Origin: an uncultured Pseudomonadota bacterium
GTDB taxonomy: Bacteria; Pseudomonadota; Alphaproteobacteria; Acetobacterales; Acetobacteraceae
Assembly (NCBI GenBank): GCA_963840545.1
Contig: CAWIZE010000002.1
Coordinates: 1,631,573-1,663,572, forward strand
Reading direction: 5' to 3'
DNA length: 32,000 nucleotides
Of the stretch, positions 22,931 through 31,193 are shown piece after piece. Each line of letters begins with the position of its first letter. Position 1 is the stretch's first letter. Below the pieces are notes generated by a model that saw nothing but the letters and a program-made list of their open reading frames with translations, had not been told where the DNA came from and made no database searches. Made by a program: the position numbers and the translations under genes.

Positions 22931-25000
22931 TCAGGCTGCCCGCTCGCGCAGCGCCAGGACGGCGCCGAGCACGACGAGGCCGAAGATGATGTCGCGCGTC
23001 GCGTCGGGCAGCGTCGTGCCGGCGAGCAACGTGGAGAGCGCGGTCAGCAGCAAGACCCCGCCCAACATCCCGAGATAATGGCCGCTTCCGCCCGTGATCA
23101 GCGTGCCGCCGACGACGACCACCGCGATCGAGGGAAGCAGGTACTCGTCCCCCATGCCGAGGCTCGCCTGGCCGGAGAAACCGGAGAGCAGGATGCCGAC
23201 CAGCGCGCTGCAGACCCCCGAGAGCGCGTAGACCCCGATCAGCGTGCCGCCGACGCCGACCGCGGAGAGCCGCGCGACCAGCGCATTGTTGCCGACGGCG
23301 TAGATGCGCCGGCCGAAGACGGTGCGGTCGAGCATGAGAAGGGCGGCGAGCACGAACAGCACCAGGAACCAGACGACCGGCGTCGCGCCCAGGAGATGAC
23401 CAGTCATGAGCCAGCGCTCGGCAGGCGAGGCGAACCCGGCCGGCGTGCCGTTGCAATAGACGAGCGCCGCGCCCTGGAGGATGCCGTTCATCGCCAGCGT
23501 CATCACGATCGGCGGCAGCCCGAGCAGGACGATCCCGAGCCCGTTCACCGCCCCGAGCGCCGCGCCGAGCGCGAGGCCGAACGGAACCGCCCAGATCGCG
23601 GCGATGTCGGCGCCGCGGATCAGCCCGGCCGTGAGGATGCCGATGAAGCCGATCATCCATGGAATGGAAAGATCGAGCCCGCCGGTGAGGATGGCCGCGC
23701 CCTGGCCGAGGGCGAGGATGGCGAGGAAGGAGGAGAGGACGAGGAGCGAGTTGAAATAGCCCGCATTGTCGAGCGTCCCGCCGAAGACCGCCTGCGAGAC
23801 GCCGAGCACGATGGCGAACCCGGCATAGGCGGGGAGGACGGTGCGCAGCGCCGCGCGGTGGCGCGCGAGCCACGCGGCGGGCGCAGCCTGGCCGGCGAGG
23901 GCGGGCGCCGGGAGTCTTGGCGGGGCGGATCTGGCGGAGCGAGCCGAAGCGAGCGCGCCGCGCGCGCGCGCGGCGAGCTTGTCGCGCGCGAGCTTGTCGC
24001 CCGCGAGCCTGAGATAGAACGCGATCGGGGAGTGGCGGTTGAGCGAGGCGGCGAGCACCGCCAGCAGGAGGATCGCGCCCTCCGCGACCGAGCTGTAATA
24101 GGCGGAGACGTTCAGCACGAGGAGGATGTTGACGATGATCATCAAGGTATAGGCGCCGACGATAGAGCCCAGGCATCCGCCGCGGCCGCCGCCGAGCAGC
24201 GTGCCGCCGAGCACCACGGCGGCGAAGACCTCGAGCAGCATCGGCCGCCCCACCAGCGGATCGCCCGATCCCGTCTGGGCGGAGATGAAGGCGCCGGCCG
24301 CGCCGTAGAAGAGGCCGGCGAGCGCATAGGCCCAGAACTTCACCCAGGCCGTGCGGATGCCGGCCGCGTGGGCGGCTTCCTCGTCGCTGCCCACCGCATA
24401 GAGCCCGACGCCGAAACGGGAATTCTTGACCAGCCGCCAGACGAGCCCGGCCGCCAGCAGCACGACGAGCGGCGCGGGCAGCAGGTTCGGGATGGCATCG
24501 CCGCTGAAGAAGGCGGCGAAGCCGGGAGCGATCGCGCCACCCGGCTTCTCCATCACCAGCAGCGTCACGCCCTGGACGATGAACATGGTGGAGAGCGTGA
24601 CGACGATCGACTGCATGCGCACGAAGGCGACGAAGAAACCGTTGACCGCGCCGACCAGCGCGCCGACGGCCAGCGCCACGAAGAAGAATGCGACCTGCGA
24701 GAGGGGCGAGGATCCCATCGTGCTCGCGAGCACGACATTGACGAGCGAGACGACGGCGCCGGTCGAGAGATCGAAGCCGCCGGTGAGGATGACGATGGTC
24801 TGCCCCATCGCCGCGAGCGCCAGCGTCGCCCCGCCCGCGGACATGAAGTGGATCTCGAAATAGCTGAAGGCGCCCGGCGTGATCACGTCCACCGCCAGGA
24901 ACAGCGCGGCGAACACCGCGCAGGCGACGATCAGGCCGCGATGGCGGCCGAGCTCCGGGCGCCGGGCAGGGCGCCCCGTGCCGAGCGCCAGCGTGCTCAT
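22931..25000 (-). CDS. sugar-type ABC transporter permease, two permease domains fused in one polypeptide
   Basis: Single uninterrupted frame of 689 codons. It has two RbsC/BPD_transp_2-like halves (each with ...TGGFDLS... / ...TGGLDLS... and ...YAVG(S/N)...A...GI motifs) joined by an Ala/Arg-rich linker. The ATG overlaps the upstream ATPase stop (ATGA at 24997-25000). Confidence 0.85.
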   Translation of the reverse strand: MSTLALGTGRPARRPELGRHRGLIVACAVFAALFLAVDVITPGAFSYFEIHFMSAGGATLALAAMGQTIVILTGGFDLSTGAVVSLVNVVLASTMGSSPLSQVAFFFVALAVGALVGAVNGFFVAFVRMQSIVVTLSTMFIVQGVTLLVMEKPGGAIAPGFAAFFSGDAIPNLLPAPLVVLLAAGLVWRLVKNSRFGVGLYAVGSDEEAAHAAGIRTAWVKFWAYALAGLFYGAAGAFISAQTGSGDPLVGRPMLLEVFAAVVLGGTLLGGGRGGCLGSIVGAYTLMIIVNILLVLNVSAYYSSVAEGAILLLAVLAASLNRHSPIAFYLRLAGDKLARDKLAARARGALASARSARSAPPRLPAPALAGQAAPAAWLARHRAALRTVLPAYAGFAIVLGVSQAVFGGTLDNAGYFNSLLVLSSFLAILALGQGAAILTGGLDLSIPWMIGFIGILTAGLIRGADIAAIWAVPFGLALGAALGAVNGLGIVLLGLPPIVMTLAMNGILQGAALVYCNGTPAGFASPAERWLMTGHLLGATPVVWFLVLFVLAALLMLDRTVFGRRIYAVGNNALVARLSAVGVGGTLIGVYALSGVCSALVGILLSGFSGQASLGMGDEYLLPSIAVVVVGGTLITGGSGHYLGMLGGVLLLTALSTLLAGTTLPDATRDIIFGLVVLGAVLALRERAA

Positions 25001-26643
25001 CCGGCGGCGCTCCGCCGGGCCTCGCCCTCGCCGAGGGCGGCGCGCATGATCGCCTCCTCCTCGATCGCGCCGCCGGCGAGCTCGCAAACGGTGCGGCCTT
25101 CGTACATCACCAGCGCGCGGTCGCACATATTGACGATCTCGGGGATTTCCGTGGAGTGGAAGAGGATCGCGCCGCCGGCATCGGCGAAGGCGCGCATCAG
25201 GAGATAGATCTGGTGCTTGGTGCCGACATCGACGCCGCGCGTCGGGTCGAAGAGAAGGAGGATGCGGCTCTCGGCCAGCAGCCATTTCGCGATCACGAGC
25301 TTCTGCTGGTTGCCCCCGGAGAAAGCGCCGGCGGGCGTGTAGAGCGCGCGCGGATCGACCTCCACTTCCGCGAGCGCGCGGGCGACGGCTTCGGTCTCGC
25401 GCGCGACGTCGATCACGCCAAAATGGGCGAAGCGGTCGACGATCGGGAGCGAGACGTTGAAGCGCCCCGAGAGCCTGAGGAACAGGCCCTCGGTCTTGCG
25501 ATCCTCCGGCACCAGGCTGATGCCGATGCGGCTGCGGATGGCGTCGCGCGGCGAGGCCAGCACCACCGCGCGCCCGTCGACGAGCAGCCGCCCGGCGGCG
25601 AGCGGGGCCATGCCGAAGCAGGCGAGGAAGAGCTCCTGCTGACCCATTCCCTGCAGGCCGGCGATGCCGAGGATCTCGCCGGGATGAAGGGAAAAACTCG
25701 CGTCGCGGAGTTTTCCCCCAGTCGCGATGGACTCCGCGCCGAGCGCGGCCGTGCCGGCGGCAGGCGGCGCGGTGGGGCGGGCGGGAAAGGTGCTGGCGAG
25801 CGAGCGGCCGATGATCATCCGGATCACCTCGTCGTCGCTCGCCGCCGCGACGTCGGCCGTGCCGATCGTCCGGCCGTTGCGCAGCACGGTGAGGCGATCG
25901 CAGAAGCGGCGCACCTCGCGGATCCGGTGGGTGATGAAGACGATCGTCACCGCCGCGGATCGGAGCGAGGCGATCCGCTCGGCGAGCCAGTCGATGTCGC
26001 GGCCGGAGAGGCTCGAGGTCGGCTCGTCGAGCAGCAGGATGCGCGGGCGGCGAAGCAGGGCGCGCGCGATCTCGATCTTTTGCCGCGTGGCGAGCTCGAG
26101 ATCGCGGATCTCGGCCCGCGGATCGATATCGCCGAGGCCGATCGCGGCGAGATGCTCCACGACGATTCGTTCGCCCTGCCGCCTTCGGAGCTGGCCGAAC
26201 GGGCCGCGCGGCGGGCTCGGGATCAGCATGTTCTCGGTGACCGTGAGGTCGCGGACCAGGGTGAGCTCCTGGAACGCGGTCGCGATGCCATGGCGGCGCG
26301 CGGCCGCCGGGCTCGCCAGCGCGGCGCGCCTGCCGGCGAGCGCGATCTCGCCTTCATCGGGCGCGAGGAGGCCGGAGAGCAGCTTCACCATCGTCGACTT
26401 GCCGGCGCCGTTCTCGCCGAGCAGGGCGTGCACCTCGCCGGCGGCGACGCTGAACGAGGCCTCCTTCAGCGCGACCGTCGCGCCGAAGGATTTCGTCACG
26501 CCCCGGACTTCGAGGGCCGGCGGATGCGCCACCCGAGGCAAGCCGGATGCAGGCGGGAGGATTGCGGCATGACGCCCCCACGCGTCCCCCCGCTCAGCCC
26601 CCCGCTCAGCCCCCCGCTTAGCCCCCCGCTCAGCCAAGATCAT
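24997..26643 (-). CDS. sugar ABC transporter ATP-binding protein (tandem ABC domains, RbsA-like)
   Basis: Walker A GENGAGKST, signature-like LSGRD / FSGGNQQK, Walker B ILLLDEPT / ILLFDPTRGVD. The ATG at 26643 overlaps the SBP stop (ATGA). The N-terminal 40 or so aa are unusual and repeat-encoded, so a GTG at 26532 is an alternative start. Confidence 0.85.
   Translation of the reverse strand: MILAERGAKRGAERGAERGDAWGRHAAILPPASGLPRVAHPPALEVRGVTKSFGATVALKEASFSVAAGEVHALLGENGAGKSTMVKLLSGLLAPDEGEIALAGRRAALASPAAARRHGIATAFQELTLVRDLTVTENMLIPSPPRGPFGQLRRRQGERIVVEHLAAIGLGDIDPRAEIRDLELATRQKIEIARALLRRPRILLLDEPTSSLSGRDIDWLAERIASLRSAAVTIVFITHRIREVRRFCDRLTVLRNGRTIGTADVAAASDDEVIRMIIGRSLASTFPARPTAPPAAGTAALGAESIATGGKLRDASFSLHPGEILGIAGLQGMGQQELFLACFGMAPLAAGRLLVDGRAVVLASPRDAIRSRIGISLVPEDRKTEGLFLRLSGRFNVSLPIVDRFAHFGVIDVARETEAVARALAEVEVDPRALYTPAGAFSGGNQQKLVIAKWLLAESRILLLFDPTRGVDVGTKHQIYLLMRAFADAGGAILFHSTEIPEIVNMCDRALVMYEGRTVCELAGGAIEEEAIMRAALGEGEARRSAAG
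26586..26633. repeat. 12-bp tandem repeat x4 (ccccccgctYag)
   Basis: Units at 26586-26597, 26598-26609, 26610-26621 and 26622-26633, with one C/T difference. On the minus strand they encode (AERG/AKRG)n if the ATPase starts at 26643. Confidence 0.9.
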
Positions 26644-27779
26644 TGCTCGGGCGTGCCGTTCAGGGCAGCCTTCAGCCCGACCTCCGGCGTGTCGGGCGAG
26701 TAGATCGAGGCGAACCATCCCGGATTGCCGATGATCGCCGGCTGGAAGACGTTGCAGCCCGCCTGCATCTCCTGCCAGGTGCCCGCGGTGCAGAGCCTGG
26801 CGGTCGCGCTGGTCACGATCGGCAGCGGCAGCTTGGTGAATTTGGGCACCGTCTTGCCCTCGAGGACATCGACCGCGAGCTTGAGCGCGAGGGCGCCGGA
26901 ATAGGGCGGCGAGGCATAGGAGATGCTGGGCTGGCCCATCGGGGTGTAGGTGCCGTGCGCGCCCTGGACGCCGGTGTCGCCCACCGGCAGCATCTGGATG
27001 CGGTGGCCGTTGGAGCCTTCGCCGGCGCAGGGCTTGAGCTTGTCGTCGGCGATGCCGGCCTCTTTTTCCATGGCAGCCGCGGTGTAGCAGCCGACCTGCA
27101 TCCAGAGCCCGTCGATCTCGCTCCAGGGATGGGTGGTGAGGATCTTGGTGAGCTCGGTGCGCGCGACGGCCTGGCTCCACATGCCGACGCCTTCGGAAAT
27201 GACGTGGATGGCGGGATATTTCGCGAACACGGCCTTGGCGGCCGCGGTGCGCTGGGTGTCGACCGAGGTGCCGGGCACGCCGGTGATGACGACGATGTTG
27301 CCGCGGCCGCCGATCGCCTTGGCGAGCCACTCGGCGGTGACGCGCCCGGCCTCGAGCTGGTCGATATGCACGTTGTAGGCGCAAGGCTCGGTGATCTCGG
27401 CGTCGTAGGCGATGATCACCACGTGGCGCGCGCAGGCGCTCTTCACCACCTGGTTGAGCGCGGTCGGCGAGATCGGATAGACGACGATCGCCTGCGCGCC
27501 CTCCTGGACCATGGCGTTGATCTGCTGGATCTGGCGCTGCGCGTTGGGGCCGGCGACCTGGACCTGGAGGCTGACGCGATCGGCGTAATCCTTCGCGGCG
27601 GCCATGGCTTTCACCATGTTCGCCGCCTCGGCCTGCCAGTCATTGCCGATATAGCTCATCGACAGGAAGATTTTGTACTTTTTGCCGGCGGCCTCAGCCT
27701 GGTGCGCGACCGCGACGAGCCCAAAAGCGACGATCCCCAGGGCGATCGCCACGGCGCGCAAGCTGCCTCTCCATCTCAC
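26640..27779 (-). CDS. ABC transporter periplasmic sugar-binding protein
   Basis: The GTG at 27779 is preceded by AGGAGG with an 8-nt spacer. Signal peptide LRAVAIALGIVAFGLVAVAHQAEA, followed by a Peripla_BP-type fold (KIFLSMSYIGNDWQ...IVVYPISP...VIIAYDA...VVITGVPG). Confidence 0.85.
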   Translation of the reverse strand: MRWRGSLRAVAIALGIVAFGLVAVAHQAEAAGKKYKIFLSMSYIGNDWQAEAANMVKAMAAAKDYADRVSLQVQVAGPNAQRQIQQINAMVQEGAQAIVVYPISPTALNQVVKSACARHVVIIAYDAEITEPCAYNVHIDQLEAGRVTAEWLAKAIGGRGNIVVITGVPGTSVDTQRTAAAKAVFAKYPAIHVISEGVGMWSQAVARTELTKILTTHPWSEIDGLWMQVGCYTAAAMEKEAGIADDKLKPCAGEGSNGHRIQMLPVGDTGVQGAHGTYTPMGQPSISYASPPYSGALALKLAVDVLEGKTVPKFTKLPLPIVTSATARLCTAGTWQEMQAGCNVFQPAIIGNPGWFASIYSPDTPEVGLKAALNGTPEQ

Positions 27780-27869
27780 GGGTGTTTCCTCCTGTTCCGA
27801 AGCGCCGCGGGGAGAAGCGGCGTGGACACGCCGGCCCTTGGGGGACGGCATTTTTCTCTCGACACGAGT

Positions 27870-27884
27870 TTGATCATAGATCAA
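27870..27884. promoter_or_regulatory. perfect 6-3-6 palindrome TTGATC-ata-GATCAA in the divergent SBP/GntR intergenic region; candidate GntR-family operator
   Basis: Read directly. It lies between the ABC operon start (27779) and the GntR gene. A related TTGATCAT half-site recurs at 28675-28682. Confidence 0.45.
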
Positions 27885-27948
27885 GGATCATGGGACATGC
27901 AAGCGGCCGTTGGCGGCCATGGAACGCGAAGGACGCAACGAGGGCGTG

Positions 27949-28647
27949 ATGCAGGACATTGTTGGGCGGGAGACGGGAGGCAGCGCGGAGAGAAGGCTGC
28001 CGCTCAGCCCGGTCGATCGCGAAACGGTGCAGGACCGCGTCTATCGCCGGATCCGGGAGATGATCCTGAACGGCGAGATCGAGCCCGGACAGACCGTCAC
28101 CATCCCGGGCCTCTCCGCGGCGTTCCAGGTGAGCGCCATGCCGGTGCGCGAGGCGCTGCGCCGGCTGATGGCGGAGCAGGCGCTGATGGTCGTCTCGGGC
28201 CGCTCGGTCGGGATCCCGGCGCTGACGCGCGCCCGGCTCGCCGATCTCAGGCGCGTGCGCCGCGAGGTCGAAGGGCTGGCGATGGCCTGGGCGGCGGAGC
28301 GCGTCGGCGCGGCCGAATTGCGGCGGCTTGCCGAGATGGTGAGCGAGATGCAACGGGCGGCGGACGCGCGCGACGGCCGGCGCTACGTGCCGGCCAACCA
28401 CGATTTTCATTTCACCATCTACCGCGCGGCGGGATCGCCGACATTGCTCAGCATCATCGAATCGCTCTGGCTGCAGATCGGGCCCTATTTCCACGTGCTG
28501 CGCGCCTCGGAGAACTGGCACGCCGCCAACGCGCGCCACCGCAGCATGCTCGAGGCGCTCGGGCGGGGCGATGGCGCCGGCGCGGCCGATGCGCTTCAGC
28601 GCGATATCGACGAGGCGGCGGCGGCGCTGGAGGTGCTGCTCGGCTGA
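27949..28647 (+). CDS. GntR-family transcriptional regulator with FCD (FadR C-terminal) domain
   Basis: Winged-HTH segment VYRRIREMILNGEIEPGQTVTIPGLSAAFQVSAMPVREALRRL. FCD-like helices with H residues (NHDFHFTIY...). Start is uncertain: the ATG at 27949 has GAGGG upstream, with alternatives at 27919 (ATG) and 27910 (TTG). Confidence 0.85.
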   Translation: MQDIVGRETGGSAERRLPLSPVDRETVQDRVYRRIREMILNGEIEPGQTVTIPGLSAAFQVSAMPVREALRRLMAEQALMVVSGRSVGIPALTRARLADLRRVRREVEGLAMAWAAERVGAAELRRLAEMVSEMQRAADARDGRRYVPANHDFHFTIYRAAGSPTLLSIIESLWLQIGPYFHVLRASENWHAANARHRSMLEALGRGDGAGAADALQRDIDEAAAALEVLLG

Positions 28648-28743
28648 GAGGTCCGGACCGGAGCGTGATGATTTTTGATCATCGCGCCCGGCGTTTTGTC
28701 CTGGGTGTTGCTTGGGGTTCTGTTTTGGGCCTGGTTTTGGCGG

Positions 28744-29043
28744 TCAACGTCTTGGCTCCGGCGGAGCGCTCCGATTTTTCCGCCGGAAGCCATGTCGATG
28801 TAAGCCGCCGCATGGGCCGCCGCATGGGCCGCAGATCGTGCGGATCGCGTCCGCGCTCAGCACGATCACCGGCTGGATGACGAGCGGATTGCAGCTGTTC
28901 CCCGCGGCGTCCTCATAGGGCTGGCCGAGCAGGCATGGATGCGCGCCGACGACGCCGCTGGTTAGGAACGCGGTGACGCTGAGCTTCGGCCACGGGGCGA
29001 GGTCCTCGCGCACGACGAACGCGATTTTCGTGTCGAAGATCTC
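28744..29043 (-). pseudogene. DUF2000-family gene remnant (N-terminal half only, no clear start codon)
   Basis: EIFDTKIAFVVREDLAPWPKLSVTAFLTSGVVGAHPCLLGQPYEDAAGNSCNPLVIQPVIVLSADAIRTI matches the first half of DUF2000 proteins. Similarity is lost at a 12-bp duplication (gccgccgcatgg x2, about 28804-28827), and the frame then runs to a stop at 28744. Confidence 0.5.
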
Positions 29044-29096
29044 TATTTTTCCCCGTTGGATCGCAATGCGGGCCCTCGCCGAGGCGGCGAAGCGGC

Positions 29097-30227
29097 TCAG
29101 CCGCGGCGATCGCGCGCCGCGATGCCGACGAGCATGGCCAGCGCGGCCGAATAGTAGGAGGCGGTCATGGCCCCTGGGATCGCCGCCGGCGGGACGGGAT
29201 CGCCGATCGGCGCGCCGCTCCATACCGAGCGCGCGAATTGCGCCACGGCCTGCATGCCCGGGAGGGCGGGATAGGCGGCGCGCGCGTCGTCGCGAAGATC
29301 GATCCAGGCCGGCGTGCGCGGCGGGGGGAAATCGCTCCAGAAGGCGAGGAAGCCGGCCTCGACATTGGGCAGGCGGATATCGCCCCAGGCGAGGTTGAGC
29401 GGCACGCGGATCGCGTCATAGGAGAAGCGGGGCGGCCAGGCGGCGGCCGGCGCCAGAGCGCCGTTCGCGCGGGCGACCGCGAGCCAGTCCGGCGGCAGCC
29501 GCCAGCGCCCGAACCGCCCCTCGTCGATCAGCGCCTTGCCGTCCGCGACGAGCGGGGCCCAGAGCGGCGAGGGCGCCCGGCCGGCCAGCTCCGCGAGGGC
29601 GGGAAACACGTAGTAGGAAGGATTGACCACCGCGCCCTCCGGCCGTTCGAACCCCGCAGCGCCCGGCAGCAGCAGCAGGCGCGCACCCACCGGGCGGACG
29701 GTCAGGCGCAGGATGTCCCGCGCGATCGCTGCCGAAGCGGCGGCGCGGTCCGGTTCGCCCCAGCGCCGCGCCGCGAGCGCGAGGGCATAGGCGATCAGGA
29801 GGTCCCCGTCGGTCGCGTTGTTGAGGTCGGCAACCGGTCTGGCCGCGCCCGGGACATAGCGCCAGGCGTGGAGCGCGTCGGCCGGGCGCTTCAGGGTGCG
29901 CGAGGTCCAGCCGAGGATCAGCTCGAAGCTCGCCGGATCGTCGCAGGCGAGGGCGAAGAGCAGGCCGTAGCCCTGGCCCTCGCTGTGCGAGATGCCGCCA
30001 TTGCCGGTATCGACCACCCGCCCGTCAGGGGCGAGGTAGAGCGCCTTGAACCGCGCCCAAGCCACGGCGAGAGCCTCCGCGACGGCGGCCGCGGCAGGCG
30101 GGCCGGCGAGCGCGCCCGCGAGGCCGCCGGTGAGGCCACCGGTGAGGAGCATGCGCCGGCCGAGCGCCCGCCCGCGCGCGGTCATCCGGGGCGGCGGGCG
30201 GGCCGGCGATCGCTGCATGACGGACAT
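29097..30227 (-). CDS. glycoside hydrolase family 8 (endoglucanase, BcsZ/CelC-like), exported
   Basis: ISHSEGQGYGLLFALACDD...WRY...ATDGDLLIAYALALAARRWG...NPSYYVFPA...SYDAIRVPLNLAW are GH8 hallmarks. The N-terminus has a GRRMLLTGGLTGGLAGALAG signal, possibly Tat. Candidate starts are 30227, 30218 and 30185. Confidence 0.8.
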   Translation of the reverse strand: MSVMQRSPARPPPRMTARGRALGRRMLLTGGLTGGLAGALAGPPAAAAVAEALAVAWARFKALYLAPDGRVVDTGNGGISHSEGQGYGLLFALACDDPASFELILGWTSRTLKRPADALHAWRYVPGAARPVADLNNATDGDLLIAYALALAARRWGEPDRAAASAAIARDILRLTVRPVGARLLLLPGAAGFERPEGAVVNPSYYVFPALAELAGRAPSPLWAPLVADGKALIDEGRFGRWRLPPDWLAVARANGALAPAAAWPPRFSYDAIRVPLNLAWGDIRLPNVEAGFLAFWSDFPPPRTPAWIDLRDDARAAYPALPGMQAVAQFARSVWSGAPIGDPVPPAAIPGAMTASYYSAALAMLVGIAARDRRG

Positions 30228-30352
30228 CGTACGCCGAGCAAAGCATATCGGCGCCAAGTTTTCGTAAACCCGGCCCCGGCCCGGATGTGTGGGCATTCCA
30301 CCGCCGGGCGGCGTATGGTCCCGTCCGGTCGGGCAGGGCAGGGGAGGATCGC

Positions 30353-31105
30353 GTGGGCGGACGCATCGAGATTTTCGAGGATCCGCAGGCGCTCGCGCGC
30401 CACGTCGCCGGGTGGATGACGGCGGCGGCCAGGGAAGCGACAACAGCGGCCGAGGGCGGCTTCCGCATCTGCCTCTCCGGCGGCTCGACGCCGCGGCTGC
30501 TCTACCAGACGCTGGCCTCGGGTGAATTGGAGAAAAAATTTCCGTGGCAGCGCGTCTCCTGGTACTGGGGCGACGAGCGCTTCGTTGCCTACGACGACCC
30601 GGAGAGCAACTACCGGATGGCGCGCGAGGCGATGCTCGCCCACGTGCCGGTGCCTCGGGAAAAAATCCATCCGATGCCGGTGGACGGCGCGCCCGAGGAG
30701 GCGGCGCGCCGCTACGAGCTTCTGTTGCAGGACGAGTACGGCGGCGGCAGGCTCGATCGGGCGCGGCCGCTGTTCGACATCATGCTGCTCGGGCTTGGCC
30801 CCGATGGGCACACGGCATCGTTGATCCCGGGCGAGCCGGTGCTGGAGGAGCGGGAGCGATGGGTCGCCGCCGTCTCGCACGGCAGGCCGGAGGTCCGGAT
30901 CACGCTCACCTATCCGCCGATCGAGAGCAGCCGGCAGGTCGCGTTCCTGGTCACCGGCGAGGAGAAGGCGGCGATCCTGGCCGAGATCCAGGCAGGCGGG
31001 AGCCGGGTTCCGGCCGCCCGGCTCCGGCCGGTGGGCGCGCTCACCTGGTTCGTCGACCGCGCGGCGGCGTCGCGGCTGCCCATAGCCGGGACCGGCGCGG
31101 CCTGA
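30353..31105 (+). CDS. pgl: 6-phosphogluconolactonase
   Basis: GTG at 30353 after GGGGAGGA. FRICLSGGSTPRLLYQTLA...WQRVSWYWGDERFV...FDIMLLGLGPDGHTASLIPG...RITLTYPPI is the typical Pgl/DevB pattern. Confidence 0.85.
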   Translation: MGGRIEIFEDPQALARHVAGWMTAAAREATTAAEGGFRICLSGGSTPRLLYQTLASGELEKKFPWQRVSWYWGDERFVAYDDPESNYRMAREAMLAHVPVPREKIHPMPVDGAPEEAARRYELLLQDEYGGGRLDRARPLFDIMLLGLGPDGHTASLIPGEPVLEERERWVAAVSHGRPEVRITLTYPPIESSRQVAFLVTGEEKAAILAEIQAGGSRVPAARLRPVGALTWFVDRAAASRLPIAGTGAA

Positions 31106-31193
31106 GCGCAGGTGGACAGCAACGGGGACCGATCGCTATATTTGGCGGAACATATCGACGATCAAAACAAATCGACGCGAAGGGGGCGTTCCG

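Noticed and set aside
2383-26633. Tandem repeats (2383, 14492, 21038, 26586) as possible CRISPR arrays
   Set aside because: The units are 12-18 bp and directly abutting, with no spacers. They are in frame within coding sequence, and no cas genes are present.
27780-27884. Upstream extension of the sugar-binding protein ORF (start at 27884 or 27851)
   Set aside because: A strong AGGAGG lies 8 nt upstream of the GTG at 27779, and the signal peptide starts right after that GTG. The extension would also cover the palindromic candidate operator.
20243-28880. Series of long plus-strand ORFs (20243..22357, 21984..23078, 23078..25207, 25156..26703, 26643..28880) across the catabolic cluster
   Set aside because: All lie antisense to strongly supported minus-strand genes (BKACE, lactonase, SDR, permease, ATPase, SBP). 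All translate to low-complexity Arg/Gly/Asp/Glu-rich sequence.
28666-28880. Small plus-strand ORF with one hydrophobic helix (VMIFDHRARRFVLGVAWGSVLGLVLAVNVLA...)
   Set aside because: Its codon usage is atypical for this genome, with many T-ending codons. It has no RBS, and it overlaps the DUF2000 remnant on the other strand. It is more likely decayed non-coding DNA.
30228-30443. 72-codon N-terminal extension of the GH8 ORF
   Set aside because: The extension is Pro/Arg-rich, precedes the signal peptide and invades the divergent pgl promoter region. The internal ATGs at 30227, 30218 and 30185 give a normal signal-peptide N-terminus.
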